From the sequence record SRR31156797_589: a DNA stretch of 64,000 nucleotides; one strand, given 5' to 3'. The notes under the pieces were generated by a model. It saw only the letters and a list, made by a program, of their open reading frames with translations, searched no databases and had not been told where the DNA came from. Below are positions 9,842 to 21,163 of this stretch, piece after piece. The position numbers were made by a program, and so were the translations under genes. Within the stretch, counting starts at the first letter, position 1, and every line of letters starts with the position of its first letter.

Positions 9842-12398
9842 ACCAATTATCTCCTTGAGAAATGTTTACTATAAGCGGACATGCTAATTTGTGCACATTC
9901 TGCATATTATCTATAAGTATTCTAGTGATTATATCTTTTTCATCATTTGCAGTATCAATTATAAGTTCGTCATGAACCTGTAGAATTAGTTTTGATTTTA
10001 ATTTCATCTTAACTAATGAATTATGTACTTTTATCATCGCCAATTTAATAATATCTGCAGCACTGCCTTGAATTGGTGCATTCATAGCGATTCTTTCTGC
10101 TGCTGAACGTCTGTTAAAATTCGTTGCCTTTAAGTCTGGCAGATAAATACGTCTATTGAACATAGTTGTGACATAACCTGATTCTTTACCATTTTCGATT
10201 GTAGTGTTCATATATTCTTTTATCTGCGGAAATGTAATGAAGTATTTATCGATAAATTCTTTTGCCTGTTTTACGGGTATGTCAAGCTGTCTTGCTAAAC
10301 CAAAATCTGAAATACCATAGACGATACCGAAATTAACAGCCTTTGCGGATGAACGCATTGCAGATGTTACATCTTTTGGATCGACATTAAATACTTCAGC
10401 AGCAGTTTTCCTATGGATATCTTCATTATTCCTAAACGCTTCAATCATATTTTTTTCATCTGCAATATGTGCAAGTACCCGAAGCTCAATCTGAGAATAG
10501 TCAGCGCTAATGAGCTTGTTTCCTAGAGTGGGAATGAATGCTTTACGAATTTGTCTGCCTAATTCATTGCGAATAGGAATGTTCTGCAGATTCGGTTCAG
10601 ATGAAGATAGTCTGCCTGTTACAGCACCTGTTTGGTGAAGTTTTGTATGGATTTTGTTATCCTTTTTACCGATTATGGGGATTATACCGTCAATATAAGT
10701 GCTTTTTAGCTTTGTAACTGTACGGTACTCAATAATAAGCGGAATAATTTCATGCTTATCATACAGCTTTTCCAACACGTATGAATCTGTAGAGTAACCC
10801 GTTTTCGTTTTCTTAATGACATCCAAACCCAGTGTTTCAAATAGTACCACACCTAATTGCTTTGGAGATGATATATTGAATTCTGTTCCTGAGACTTCAT
10901 ATATTTTTTCCTTAAGCGTATCAATTTGCAGCGATAAATCTTTACCCAATTCAACCAATATATCCTTATCAAGACAGAATCCCTCTGTTTCCATTGAGTA
11001 TATTACATCAACTAATGGCATTTCAATATCATAGAATAAATGAGATAAATCTCTTGCTTCAATCATCCTTTTTTGCTTTTTATATAGCTCAATCATTAAA
11101 TAAGCTGGGGAATTCTCTGGATTAGCCTGCAATTGCCTTGAGAGAATAGCTTCTATGCCGTTTCTGATATTAATATTGAGAATATATGATGATAAAAGCA
11201 AATCAAAGAATTTTGAATTATTGATACTAATACCTGATTCATTGAATATTTTATGCCACGCTTTTAAATTGTACGTCAATATTTTATCTGCCGATTTAAT
11301 ACTTTGTGAGAGTTTAGATATAATATCGTTCAGCACAAAGCCATTACCTAATAAGTCAATTATCAAATTAAATTTGTATTCATTTTTACCATCACAAATA
11401 CTAAAAGTATCCTTATTCATATATATTGACAAGATTTCTGCATTGCTGCAATTTGAGGTGATAGCATTAATTTCATCAATGGAGACTACCTCAATAATGT
11501 TTTCAGGACTATAATCTTTGGTAATATCTACATTAGAGATATTTGCTAGTTTTTTAAGCAATGAATTGAGTTTATATTCTTCAAGCTTGCTAAATACTTG
11601 CGTTTGTTCATATGACACAAACTTGCAGTCACTTATATTGATTTCTTTGCCTATTGTCCTTAAAATTGTTGCTAAATCTTTGGACATAAAGGCATTATCT
11701 CTGCAGTTTACTAAGTTTTCTTTTTGTTTGCCTTTCAAATCATCAATATTATCATAGAGACTTTCGATAGAACCATATTTTGTTAATAACTTTGTAGCGG
11801 TTTTCTCACCAATACCTTTGACTCCGGGAATATTATCGCTTGTGTCACCCATAAGCCCTTTTAGGTCAGTGATTTTGTCTGGTGATAGTGAATATTTTTC
11901 TTTTACTTCATTAACATCAAACAGTATTACATCGCTTATTCCACGCTTTGTATACATAACACGTGTATTTTCGTCTACTAATTGCAGAATATCTCTGTCA
12001 CCTGATATCAAGAGTGTATCAAGATTATTTTCTCCTCCAAGCTTTGCCATGTATCCTAATATATCATCAGCTTCATATCCCTGTGATTCAATAATCTTAA
12101 TTTCCATTGAATTTAGAATATCCTTGAGCATATCAAACTGAGGGCGAAGCTCATCGGGAGTTGGTTTTCTGGTACCTTTATAATCAGCAAAAGTATCATG
12201 ACGAATTGTTTTGCCATGCACATCAAATCCTACAGCAATATATTTTGGATTGTACTGAGAAATAGCATTTGTCATCATATTCATAAATCCAATTACTGCA
12301 TTGGTATATTTTCCTTCATCATTTGGACGCATTGGTATAGCATAGAATGCACGATACATAAGTGAATTTCCATCTATAACCATCAATAAATCTTTCAT
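9828..12398 (-). CDS. polA: DNA polymerase I
   Basis: IDGNSLMYRAFYA 5'-3' exonuclease; SADYSQIELRVLAH, KAVNFGIVYG, LQVHDEL. Confidence 0.98.
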   Translation of the reverse strand: MKDLLMVIDGNSLMYRAFYAIPMRPNDEGKYTNAVIGFMNMMTNAISQYNPKYIAVGFDVHGKTIRHDTFADYKGTRKPTPDELRPQFDMLKDILNSMEIKIIESQGYEADDILGYMAKLGGENNLDTLLISGDRDILQLVDENTRVMYTKRGISDVILFDVNEVKEKYSLSPDKITDLKGLMGDTSDNIPGVKGIGEKTATKLLTKYGSIESLYDNIDDLKGKQKENLVNCRDNAFMSKDLATILRTIGKEINISDCKFVSYEQTQVFSKLEEYKLNSLLKKLANISNVDITKDYSPENIIEVVSIDEINAITSNCSNAEILSIYMNKDTFSICDGKNEYKFNLIIDLLGNGFVLNDIISKLSQSIKSADKILTYNLKAWHKIFNESGISINNSKFFDLLLSSYILNINIRNGIEAILSRQLQANPENSPAYLMIELYKKQKRMIEARDLSHLFYDIEMPLVDVIYSMETEGFCLDKDILVELGKDLSLQIDTLKEKIYEVSGTEFNISSPKQLGVVLFETLGLDVIKKTKTGYSTDSYVLEKLYDKHEIIPLIIEYRTVTKLKSTYIDGIIPIIGKKDNKIHTKLHQTGAVTGRLSSSEPNLQNIPIRNELGRQIRKAFIPTLGNKLISADYSQIELRVLAHIADEKNMIEAFRNNEDIHRKTAAEVFNVDPKDVTSAMRSSAKAVNFGIVYGISDFGLARQLDIPVKQAKEFIDKYFITFPQIKEYMNTTIENGKESGYVTTMFNRRIYLPDLKATNFNRRSAAERIAMNAPIQGSAADIIKLAMIKVHNSLVKMKLKSKLILQVHDELIIDTANDEKDIITRILIDNMQNVHKLACPLIVNISQGDNWYEAK

Positions 12399-12515
12399 AA
12401 AAAATATCCTTAATATTGTTTAGAAGTAATTAACTATAATATTATAACACATAACGTTTATTTAACTAGATACAGCTTTAGTTTTTCATAAATTGGAACA
12501 TAAAGTACTATGGAT

Positions 12516-12545
12516 TGTAAACCTAGCGAACAATAACGGTTGACA
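12516..12545 (+). promoter_or_regulatory. BirA (biotin repressor) operator 1, overlapping the -35 TTGACA of the bioY promoter (-10 TATCCT 12563-12568)
   Basis: TGTAAACC-N14-GGTTGACA matches the known BirA consensus. Confidence 0.88.
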
Positions 12546-12570
12546 AAATTTTCAGTTAAGCGTATCCTAA

Positions 12571-12600
12571 TATAAACTAGATTGAAAGGCAAGGTTTACA
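12571..12600 (+). promoter_or_regulatory. BirA operator 2, overlapping the RBS and start codon of bioY
   Basis: TATAAACT-N14-GGTTTACA, same 14-bp spacing. Confidence 0.7.
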
Positions 12601-13178
12601 TGAACGAAACATCAACTATACGTCAAATTACTTACAGTGCAATATTGTGTGCACTTTTATGTGTAAGTGCATATATCAGCATACCAACACCGCTATCTAC
12701 AGTGAAATTCTCTATGCAGCCTGTAGTTGTAATAATAATTGGTGCATTGTTAAATAGAAAATATACAGCACTAACTATACTTACTTATATTTTGCTTGGA
12801 CTTATAGGACTTCCTGTGTTTACATCAGGTGGAGGATTGTCATATATTTTTGCTCCCAGCTTTGGATACTTGATAGGTTTCTTATTAGGAGCAGTGGCAT
12901 TATCCACAATTTATCATAGCAAAATAATAAAGAATAAAGTACTAAGATATTCATTAGGAGCACTAGCATTAATAGTTATCATTTACACAGTTGGTGTAAC
13001 ATACATGTTTTTTATAGTTAATTTTTATTTAGATTTAGCTATAAATGCAGCTGATGCAATTTACAAGGGAGCATTGATATTCCTGCCCTTGGATGCTGCG
13101 AAAGTAATTATTGCATATTTTATAATTATTGCAGTAGAAAAAATCACAAAAAGAAACTTAAAAGAAGCATCAAACTAG
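12600..13178 (+). CDS. bioY: Biotin ECF transporter S component BioY
   Basis: YILLGLIGLPVFTSGGG...PSFGYLIGF; BirA sites upstream; ATG at 12600 preferred over TTG at 12582. Confidence 0.95.
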   Translation: MNETSTIRQITYSAILCALLCVSAYISIPTPLSTVKFSMQPVVVIIIGALLNRKYTALTILTYILLGLIGLPVFTSGGGLSYIFAPSFGYLIGFLLGAVALSTIYHSKIIKNKVLRYSLGALALIVIIYTVGVTYMFFIVNFYLDLAINAADAIYKGALIFLPLDAAKVIIAYFIIIAVEKITKRNLKEASN

Positions 13179-13208
13179 CTATTAAACTAAAAATTAAATT
13201 TTCCATTA

Positions 13209-13236
13209 ATAAAGGTCACCAACCGGTGACCTTATA
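13209..13236. terminator. Probable bidirectional terminator between bioY and ftsZ
   Basis: aaggtcacc-aacc-ggtgacctt perfect stem between convergent genes. Confidence 0.7.
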
Positions 13237-13246
13237 TGTTTGTTAA

Positions 13247-14488
13247 TTAACGTCTTCTCCTTAAAAATGGTGGTACATCAAGATCATCATCATCGTCATT
13301 CATCGTGTTATTATCAGGTGTTGAGGTTGTGCTCTGATATGAACCGCCGTATGGTGGAGCAGGTTCTCTGCGACGAACTTCATTATCAGAAGAATCACCT
13401 CCGAATAACCCTGCTGCATTTCTAGAAGTATTGTTTCCAAATGTTTGTGGTGCATATGGTTGCTCAGTATTTACTGTTGTCCTGCCTGCAGCACCAGACC
13501 TTGGGCTAAGCTGTCTGCTTCTTTGCTGTTGCTGAGCTTTTGAGAATCCTGTTGCTATAACAGTAATTCTTGCCTGTGAATCAAGTGATTCATCAATACC
13601 AGCACCGAATATAATATTTGCATCTGGATCAGCAGCCTGTGAAATTAATGATGCTGCTTCTTCAATTTCCATTAAGCCAAGGCTTGTGTCACCAGTAACA
13701 TTGATAAGAACTGATTTAGCACCATTGATACTTGTTTCAAGCAATGGAGAGGCGACTGCCTGTCTTGCAGCTTCCAGAGCTCTGTCTTCGCCAGTTGCGA
13801 CACCGATACCCATATGAGCCATACCTTTGTTTCGCATAATTGCTTCTACGTCGGCAAAGTCTAGGTTGATTAGAGATGGCTGTGAAATCAGATCAGATAT
13901 ACCTTGTATACCTTGACGAAGAACATCGTCACATACTTTAAATGCATCCATAAGTGATGTTCCTTTTCCTACAACCTTTAACAGTCTGTCATTTGGGATA
14001 ACAACCAATGTATCTACATATTGCTCTAATTCCTTCAAACCTCTTTCAGCATTATTCATTCTTGGTTTGCCTTCGAAAGAGAATGGTTTAGTAACAACAG
14101 CAATCGTTAAGATACCCATTTCCTTTGCGATTTCAGCAACTATAGGTGCAGCACCTGTTCCAGTACCACCGCCCATACCAGCTGTTACAAATGCTAAGTC
14201 AGCACCCTTTAAATGCTGAGCGATTTCCTCTCTAGATTCTTCAGCTGCTCTTTTGCCTGCATCCGGGTTTGCACCAGCACCAAGTCCTCTGGTTATTTTA
14301 TCACCGATTTGAATTTTTTGGTTTGCTTTTGACATCAATAAAGACTGCTTGTCCGTATTTACTGCCAAAAATTCAACACCTTTTAAACCGGCTTCAATCA
14401 TTCTATTAATTGCATTATTTCCAGCGCCGCCAACACCAAATACCTTTATCTGGGCAAATTGGGCAACATCTACATCAAATTCTAGCAC
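13247..14488 (-). CDS. ftsZ: Cell division protein FtsZ
   Basis: [24 protein letters not shown] tubulin signature, C-terminal [10 protein letters not shown]. Confidence 0.99.
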   Translation of the reverse strand: MLEFDVDVAQFAQIKVFGVGGAGNNAINRMIEAGLKGVEFLAVNTDKQSLLMSKANQKIQIGDKITRGLGAGANPDAGKRAAEESREEIAQHLKGADLAFVTAGMGGGTGTGAAPIVAEIAKEMGILTIAVVTKPFSFEGKPRMNNAERGLKELEQYVDTLVVIPNDRLLKVVGKGTSLMDAFKVCDDVLRQGIQGISDLISQPSLINLDFADVEAIMRNKGMAHMGIGVATGEDRALEAARQAVASPLLETSINGAKSVLINVTGDTSLGLMEIEEAASLISQAADPDANIIFGAGIDESLDSQARITVIATGFSKAQQQQRSRQLSPRSGAAGRTTVNTEQPYAPQTFGNNTSRNAAGLFGGDSSDNEVRRREPAPPYGGSYQSTTSTPDNNTMNDDDDDLDVPPFLRRRR

Positions 14489-14519
14489 TTTTTGTACCTC
14501 CTAAAAACTGTAATAGTTA

Positions 14520-15692
14520 TTACAAGTATTTTTCATTTATTATGTTAACAAGAGTGTTTTTCCTGTTATTATCATTCAAAGTATATTCCATACCTGCACA
14601 TACAGACAAGTATTGTACATTTGCTTGTATAGGATTAGTAGGGCTCAGTATGCTAATATTTTGTCCAAGCATTTTTGTACAGAGTTCTCTGGCACCACTT
14701 ATTCTGCTGATACCACCGCCAGACATGAATACACCGCATCTATTGTTTAAATCTACACCAGCTCGTTTAGCATCTTCTGTTACATTAAATATAATCTCAT
14801 TTAAACGTCGTTCAATAATATCCTGAGCAAGATCCATGGAAAAGTTAATCTTATTTCCATAGTCATCTAACATTATTTTGTTCAAACCTAAAGAATCCAT
14901 ACCAACAGAACAGTTTCTCTTTACCATCTCAGCAACATGTCTGTTGTTATCCAAGTTTAAGTATAGCATTAAATCGCTTGTTATATGAAAACCACCAACA
15001 CCAATGTTATGATGCATAATGGTTTTGCCGTTTTCAATGATTATAATATCTGTACTAAAGTAACCAGTATCAATAACAATATTAGTTTTCTTAATACTAT
15101 TTTTTGCAACGTATTGAGATATAGCTCTGGTAATCGGTATAAAGCTATTCACACCAAGTCCTTGTCTATCAAGCAGTTCGTTAATGTCAATTACAAAAAT
15201 TTTATCAATTGCAGTGTATGAAATATACGCTGTAATCTCCCTTGCAAAGCTATCCAGAGGAGCTGTTTTCTTGTTTATTCCATCTAGTAAGTATAACACA
15301 GGTTCGGCATTTAAAACAACATAATTCTCCGGCCAAGCAATCTGTTCTTTACCAGTTTTTATTAGATTTCTTATATCGACACTTGCGATTCTTCCATTAA
15401 TATCATCAACAGTTACAGTAACTTTAGCAAAGCATATAAGGCACCATTCACCAGGTATGATAACGTCTACCATGCGAATTTTTTTGCCTGATTTTTCCTG
15501 TGCATCAAAAGTAGATAAGTATATTGTCTCTGCTAAGTGTTCAGGAGACAGCCATTCACCATTTTTGAAACCAGCATATTCACAGATGCCCAAACCCAAA
15601 TGCTCTACACCGTCTTTATTCTTTTGTGAAACAATGGTTGATACTTTTGATGTACCAAAATCCATTACAGCATGTGTTTTGCTAAAGAGCAT
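14520..15692 (-). CDS. ftsA: Cell division protein FtsA
   Basis: Actin-fold motifs DFGTSKV, IDTGYFSTD, VGGFHITSDL, MSGGGIS; directly upstream of ftsZ. Confidence 0.88.
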   Translation of the reverse strand: MLFSKTHAVMDFGTSKVSTIVSQKNKDGVEHLGLGICEYAGFKNGEWLSPEHLAETIYLSTFDAQEKSGKKIRMVDVIIPGEWCLICFAKVTVTVDDINGRIASVDIRNLIKTGKEQIAWPENYVVLNAEPVLYLLDGINKKTAPLDSFAREITAYISYTAIDKIFVIDINELLDRQGLGVNSFIPITRAISQYVAKNSIKKTNIVIDTGYFSTDIIIIENGKTIMHHNIGVGGFHITSDLMLYLNLDNNRHVAEMVKRNCSVGMDSLGLNKIMLDDYGNKINFSMDLAQDIIERRLNEIIFNVTEDAKRAGVDLNNRCGVFMSGGGISRISGARELCTKMLGQNISILSPTNPIQANVQYLSVCAGMEYTLNDNNRKNTLVNIINEKYL

Positions 15693-15956
15693 ATTTCCTC
15701 CAGCTTTATAAGATATTCATCTTAGATTATCTATAGCATGTTACACTATATAATAACAAATTATTCATCAAAAAGAAACAAAAAAAATACTTTTGTAAAG
15801 ATATCTTATTATTGTTAACATAAAGTACATAAATATATAAACGATCAGCTATTATTATTAGCACTAAAAATGACGTCATCGTCATTGATAACGTCATTTG
15901 CCAAAATTCTAAATAATTATACATATTATGCATTAAAATGTCAAATCAAATTAATG

Positions 15957-16004
15957 TATTCTATAGCAAAATTAATAAAGTACACTGAATTTTGCTATAG
16001 AATA
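15957..16004. repeat. Perfect 17-bp inverted repeat with 14-nt loop (possible terminator)
   Basis: tattctatagcaaaatt-N14-aattttgctatagaata. Confidence 0.75.
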
Positions 16005-16021
16005 TATTTCTTAATCATGTT

Positions 16022-16371
16022 CTACACATATCTGAAGGCATTTGTATCAATAACAATTAATTCACATTCAGTTAGTGCTTCAAAGCAATATTCATCTGAT
16101 TTATATGGGTTACGTAAAAAGCTAAGGCTACGAATTCATTATCAATATAAATAGCTATTGTTTCTCTACTACCGCTTTCAGTAACAAAATATAAACTAAC
16201 AACACCTGAACAAATAAACACTTCTATCAATTGGTCTTCTTTTAAGAAATTTAATAAACAGTTTTTAGATAATTTCATTGATTTTGAATTTTTAATGATA
16301 GTATCCCAGGAATCAGTTTGAAATTTACCATAAGAGCAGAAATATTGATTTGAGAAGTCAAAATTATTCAT
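16022..16371 (-). pseudogene. Frameshifted and truncated Crp/Fnr-family (cNMP-binding) regulator
   Basis: ORF has FICSGVVSLYFVTESGSRETIAIYIDNEFV; a shifted frame continues SFLRNPYKSDEYCFEALTECELIVIDTNAF, completing the cNMP beta-barrel; no HTH recognisable. Confidence 0.65.
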
Positions 16372-16660
16372 ATAATACCTTTCAAACTCTTATTCAGTTT
16401 ATTTCATTGTAACTAAATACCATAAATATATATAGTGTCAATTAGGTATGCTGTATATATTTAAGATTTAAATATTAAATATTAATGTATATAACACATT
16501 TTTGAAACAACAATTGATATAAATTTTTGTTAATGTTATTTGATAATTATTATTAATATTACTATATACATTAAAATAATTGCAAAATTTAATTATTATG
16601 ATATTATAATGCTGGGGAAAGTATATATATTTATGGTTTTTGTTAATAATAAATTTATAA

Positions 16661-17995
<1,335 letters not shown>

Positions 17996-18051
17996 CAAAT
18001 TCTTGTAATTACTGAAATTTAAGCTATAACATATCATTATGCATTTCAAAC

Positions 18052-18080
18052 AAAAAAAGTCTCCGAATGGGGACTTTTTT
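18052..18080. terminator. Bidirectional terminator between eno and the superoxide reductase gene
   Basis: aaaaaaagtctcc-gaat-ggggactttttt. Confidence 0.85.
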
Positions 18081-18132
18081 AGTATTAAGTTTTGAACAGT
18101 GTAAAACCATGATATCAAAATAATTTCGTTTA

Positions 18133-18513
18133 TTATATACTAACTTTCCACAAACCGTGGAGATTGCAGTATGAATATATATCAGCGTCAGAATCCAGAT
18201 CAAATTCTGCTGATGGCTCGCTTGTTGATTTAAGTGATACTCTCTTAGTGCAGCAGTCCTTTACAACTGCAATCCATGAAATGTGGTGTTCCTCTGTCAT
18301 TGGATGAAGCACTTCACCTACAGTTACCTTGATGCCGTCGTCGATTTTTTCTACTCTTGGCAGATGCTTTTCTACACCTTGGTCAGAAGTTTTTGGGATT
18401 AGTTGTTCCATTTCTTCGCCGCAACATACAATAGGTACACCGCTGTCTTCAATCACACCTACTAGATTCCCGCAATGTTTACAATGTAAGAATTTCACGT
18501 CTGATCTTTTCAT
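18133..18513 (-). CDS. Desulfoferrodoxin / superoxide reductase
   Basis: CKHCGN...CCGEEM, EKHLP, HPMTEEHHISWI, YCNLHGLW. Confidence 0.95.
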   Translation of the reverse strand: MKRSDVKFLHCKHCGNLVGVIEDSGVPIVCCGEEMEQLIPKTSDQGVEKHLPRVEKIDDGIKVTVGEVLHPMTEEHHISWIAVVKDCCTKRVSLKSTSEPSAEFDLDSDADIYSYCNLHGLWKVSI

Positions 18514-18559
18514 ATGGACACCTCTTTCTAAAAGTAATATAATATGTCAGTTTTATAAT

Positions 18560-18574
18560 TGACAAATATTATCA
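18560..18574. promoter_or_regulatory. Fur/PerR-family box upstream of superoxide reductase
   Basis: Minus strand TGATAATATTTGTCA, two mismatches to TGATAATnATTATCA. Confidence 0.5.
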
Positions 18575-18695
18575 TTTCTATTGTACCACGCTGTAAACTA
18601 AAATACTTGTGCGAATAATAAAGAGTTTAATAATTTATACATTTTAAATATACATATTTATTGCATATGAGTTACAATAAACAGTTTTGCAATGT

Positions 18696-19088
18696 TTACA
18701 ACTCCAATTTTTTAACAATCTCAATTTTGTGTGCAACTACTTCAATTATATTTTCTCTTAATGGTATAACATAATGATTTGATGCATTCAGAAATTTAGC
18801 AGTTTTGTCAATCGTATTTTTCTTAAGCTGTTTAATCCAAGGAGAATCAGTCATTTCAAGGATATGACATCGATATCTGTCATCCTTAACACATTCGTCT
18901 GAAAAGTAATAGCCAATTGGCACACAATCAAATGTTGTTATCTTTATTGCTTGATATGGTACTAAAGTTATAGTATGTCTTTTTTGGCTAATATCATCTA
19001 GCTCAATAATAATTCTATTATTCTCTAAACAGACCTTTTCTAGCAGTGCCTCATGAATTTCAAATTCATTCATTATAATTTTAATCAC
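18696..19088 (-). CDS. Hypothetical protein, putative toxin-immunity protein
   Basis: 130-aa ORF with RBS (gagga); PYQAIKITTFDC...ILEMTDSPWIKQL...HYVIPL.ENIIEVVA; last gene of the array. Confidence 0.6.
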   Translation of the reverse strand: MIKIIMNEFEIHEALLEKVCLENNRIIIELDDISQKRHTITLVPYQAIKITTFDCVPIGYYFSDECVKDDRYRCHILEMTDSPWIKQLKKNTIDKTAKFLNASNHYVIPLRENIIEVVAHKIEIVKKLEL

Positions 19089-19293
19089 TTTTTTCCTCCT
19101 ATTGAAGTATTAATAATTCATAGGTTAATGTAGCGAACATCTGTTATTCCCACAAGAAGAATAAACGAAAAACTATTTATATTTAAACTATTCTAAAAAT
19201 TATTTTATATTCCCCGAAAGTTTGCAGGTTAGAAAATTTTAAGAATTATGCGTGAATATTATTAAATCTTATTTAATTATTAAAATTATTAAG

Positions 19294-19830
19294 TTAATCC
19301 ACATATATATAATTCTCCGCAATATCACGTAACCTTGATGGTAATTCTACAGATTTCCTATATGGTGATTTCATAAAAACCGAGAATAAATCGCGTTTTT
19401 TTACTATTCCTATAACGTCCTTCTTTGAGAGCGTACAGCCTACATACATATAATAATCATATCCAAAATGTATAAAGAATTTTCGTCCAGTTAGCCTTGC
19501 CCAGCATCTATTTCTTAAGCAATCTTTCATAAATAAACTTAATTGTTCTATTGATATGCTTTGCCTATTTTTCCATATGATATCCTCTTCAATTATTTCT
19601 AAATCTCTTATTTTTAATTCAGAAATTTCACATTGCTTTAGTATATCAGTAACGCATTGAATATAATTGTCTTCAATTCGCAAGTATTCTTCCTTAGTAA
19701 ATAGTACACCATCAAAGCACTCTCCAATTTCACTCATGCATGTCCATTCATCTTTAGTATAAATGCCATTTACTCTATATATAGGATTGTATTTTGTAAT
19801 ACTTGCACTTATCATCTTTTTTCTTACCAA
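19294..19830 (-). CDS. Hypothetical protein, putative immunity protein
   Basis: ITKYNP.YR.NG.Y.KDEWT..SEIG..FDG...T.EEYL.IED.YI...LR...W..L....FFIHFGYDYYMYVG, a family I recognise from toxin neighbourhoods. Confidence 0.65.
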   Translation of the reverse strand: MVRKKMISASITKYNPIYRVNGIYTKDEWTCMSEIGECFDGVLFTKEEYLRIEDNYIQCVTDILKQCEISELKIRDLEIIEEDIIWKNRQSISIEQLSLFMKDCLRNRCWARLTGRKFFIHFGYDYYMYVGCTLSKKDVIGIVKKRDLFSVFMKSPYRKSVELPSRLRDIAENYIYVD

Positions 19831-19843
19831 TTCTATTACTTCC

Positions 19844-19933
19844 TTACTTATCTATCCAATTTAATAATGCATCATAAGTAACTAAACTAGGCTGATTGCT
19901 GAGTAAATTTTTTGTAGTATACTCCACTTTTAA
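19844..19933 (-). pseudogene. Start-less C-terminal remnant resembling the tail of a Doc/Fic toxin
   Basis: LKVEYTTKNLLSNQPSLVTYDALLNWIDK*, stop adjacent to the next gene's RBS. Confidence 0.3.
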
Positions 19934-19941
19934 CTAGTACT

Positions 19942-20298
19942 TTAATCTACTACTGCAACAATCTTTTTATTTTCTTCTATGCATTCATTACACAAATGAT
20001 ATAAATCATCTAAAAACTTACATGTTTTCGCAACTATCACACTTTCAGTATACACTTCTTCAATATTATTTTTCATTGTTATTACTATATCTCTTAACTC
20101 GTATAATTTTACGTCGGCAAATACTGTATCTTGAAAATTATCGATTTGATATATTACTTCAGCTTTTTCTGTAAATGCCTCTCTAGCTTCATAAATAAAT
20201 TCTTCTATTTTCTCAGAATATTCTAGCCAGCTTCCTTTTTCGCAATATCTCTTAAACGATGTAGCTTTTTTATCAATTTTCACAAAATCTATTGCCAT
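19942..20298 (-). CDS. Hypothetical protein, putative immunity protein
   Basis: 118-aa acidic ORF with aggag RBS, preceded by a toxin-like stub. Confidence 0.6.
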   Translation of the reverse strand: MAIDFVKIDKKATSFKRYCEKGSWLEYSEKIEEFIYEAREAFTEKAEVIYQIDNFQDTVFADVKLYELRDIVITMKNNIEEVYTESVIVAKTCKFLDDLYHLCNECIEENKKIVAVVD

Positions 20299-20363
20299 TT
20301 TGTCTCCTGTTTTATAGTGAAAGTGGTAATTAATTCTCCTGTTTTATTGATTATTCTGCTTAA
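20289..20363 (-). pseudogene. Toxin C-terminal stub (..IINKTGELITTF..)
   Basis: LSRIINKTGELITTFTIKQETKWQ*, overlapping the start of the next gene. Confidence 0.45.
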
Positions 20364-20502
20364 CTATTTATTTAATTCTCATAGGATGTTAATTTAACAA
20401 GTGTACACATTTCATTAATATAAGTATCAACTAATGTACTCTAATGAACTGTTAAATAAAAAAGTCATACAAGTGAAGAGTTAATTATTTATATGGTCTG
20501 TA

Positions 20503-20859
20503 TTATTTTTCTGGTCTGTTTGCCACCTTATTTAAGATAATATTATTATTTTCATCTAATCCACCTTCTATAATATTACTTATTTTATATTTATAAATTT
20601 CATCAATATATTTCTCAAGTATAAATTTGTACTCATTAACATTTCCAATTTCTATACCATTGTTATTCATTTTATCTATTACGTCCATTATTGATATTTG
20701 CACTCCAATATATGCAATCATACCATATTTATGTATTCCCCCTGTTTTTATACCAATCAATTCCTCGCTATTCTCAGGATTTGGCACAAGGAATTCTTTG
20801 TTCTTGGTTCTGTAATCTTTGTAGCTTATTGACACTGGAAATTTCTTAGCTTTATCCAT
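20503..20859 (-). CDS. Hypothetical protein (array member)
   Basis: 118-aa ORF overlapping the stop of the upstream DUF6881-like gene. Confidence 0.6.
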   Translation of the reverse strand: MDKAKKFPVSISYKDYRTKNKEFLVPNPENSEELIGIKTGGIHKYGMIAYIGVQISIMDVIDKMNNNGIEIGNVNEYKFILEKYIDEIYKYKISNIIEGGLDENNNIILNKVANRPEK

Positions 20860-21163
20860 TTATATTTACTCTTTTCTTTACGTTTTGTTTGACATATTTA
20901 TCCCAAATCTCATTGAATTCATCACTAGAAATGTATATAGCCTCAAACTCAATTTTAGAGTTAATATCTTCTAAGCTAGGTATAGGTACTGTTCCTAACC
21001 TACATTGATTACATTCTTTATCCTTGGCAGCATATCCGAATACACCATTTATATATATTTCTACTTTTCTAGTTTCATATCTGTTAATATCCATCTCTGA
21101 GTAAAATAAATAAGGTTCGTCTTCAAATTCATGATGCCAATATGCTTTCATATATTTTTTCAT
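20852..21163 (-). CDS. DUF6881-like protein (putative immunity)
   Basis: YMKAYWHHEFEDEPYLFYSEMDINRYETRKVEIY.NG..GYA...LG.VPIPSLEDIN...EF.A..IS.DEF..IW; ATG at 21163 after gaaagg (track start 21190). Confidence 0.78.
   Translation of the reverse strand: MKKYMKAYWHHEFEDEPYLFYSEMDINRYETRKVEIYINGVFGYAAKDKECNQCRLGTVPIPSLEDINSKIEFEAIYISSDEFNEIWDKYVKQNVKKRVNING

Noticed and set aside
15727-16154. ORFs 15727-15933 (-) and 15870-16154 (+)
   Set aside because: Low-complexity AT-rich frames without RBS or motif, overlapping regulatory DNA and the Crp/Fnr pseudogene.
19089-19170. Possible toxin stub (VGITDVRYINL*) before the last array gene
   Set aside because: Too short and non-specific to support.
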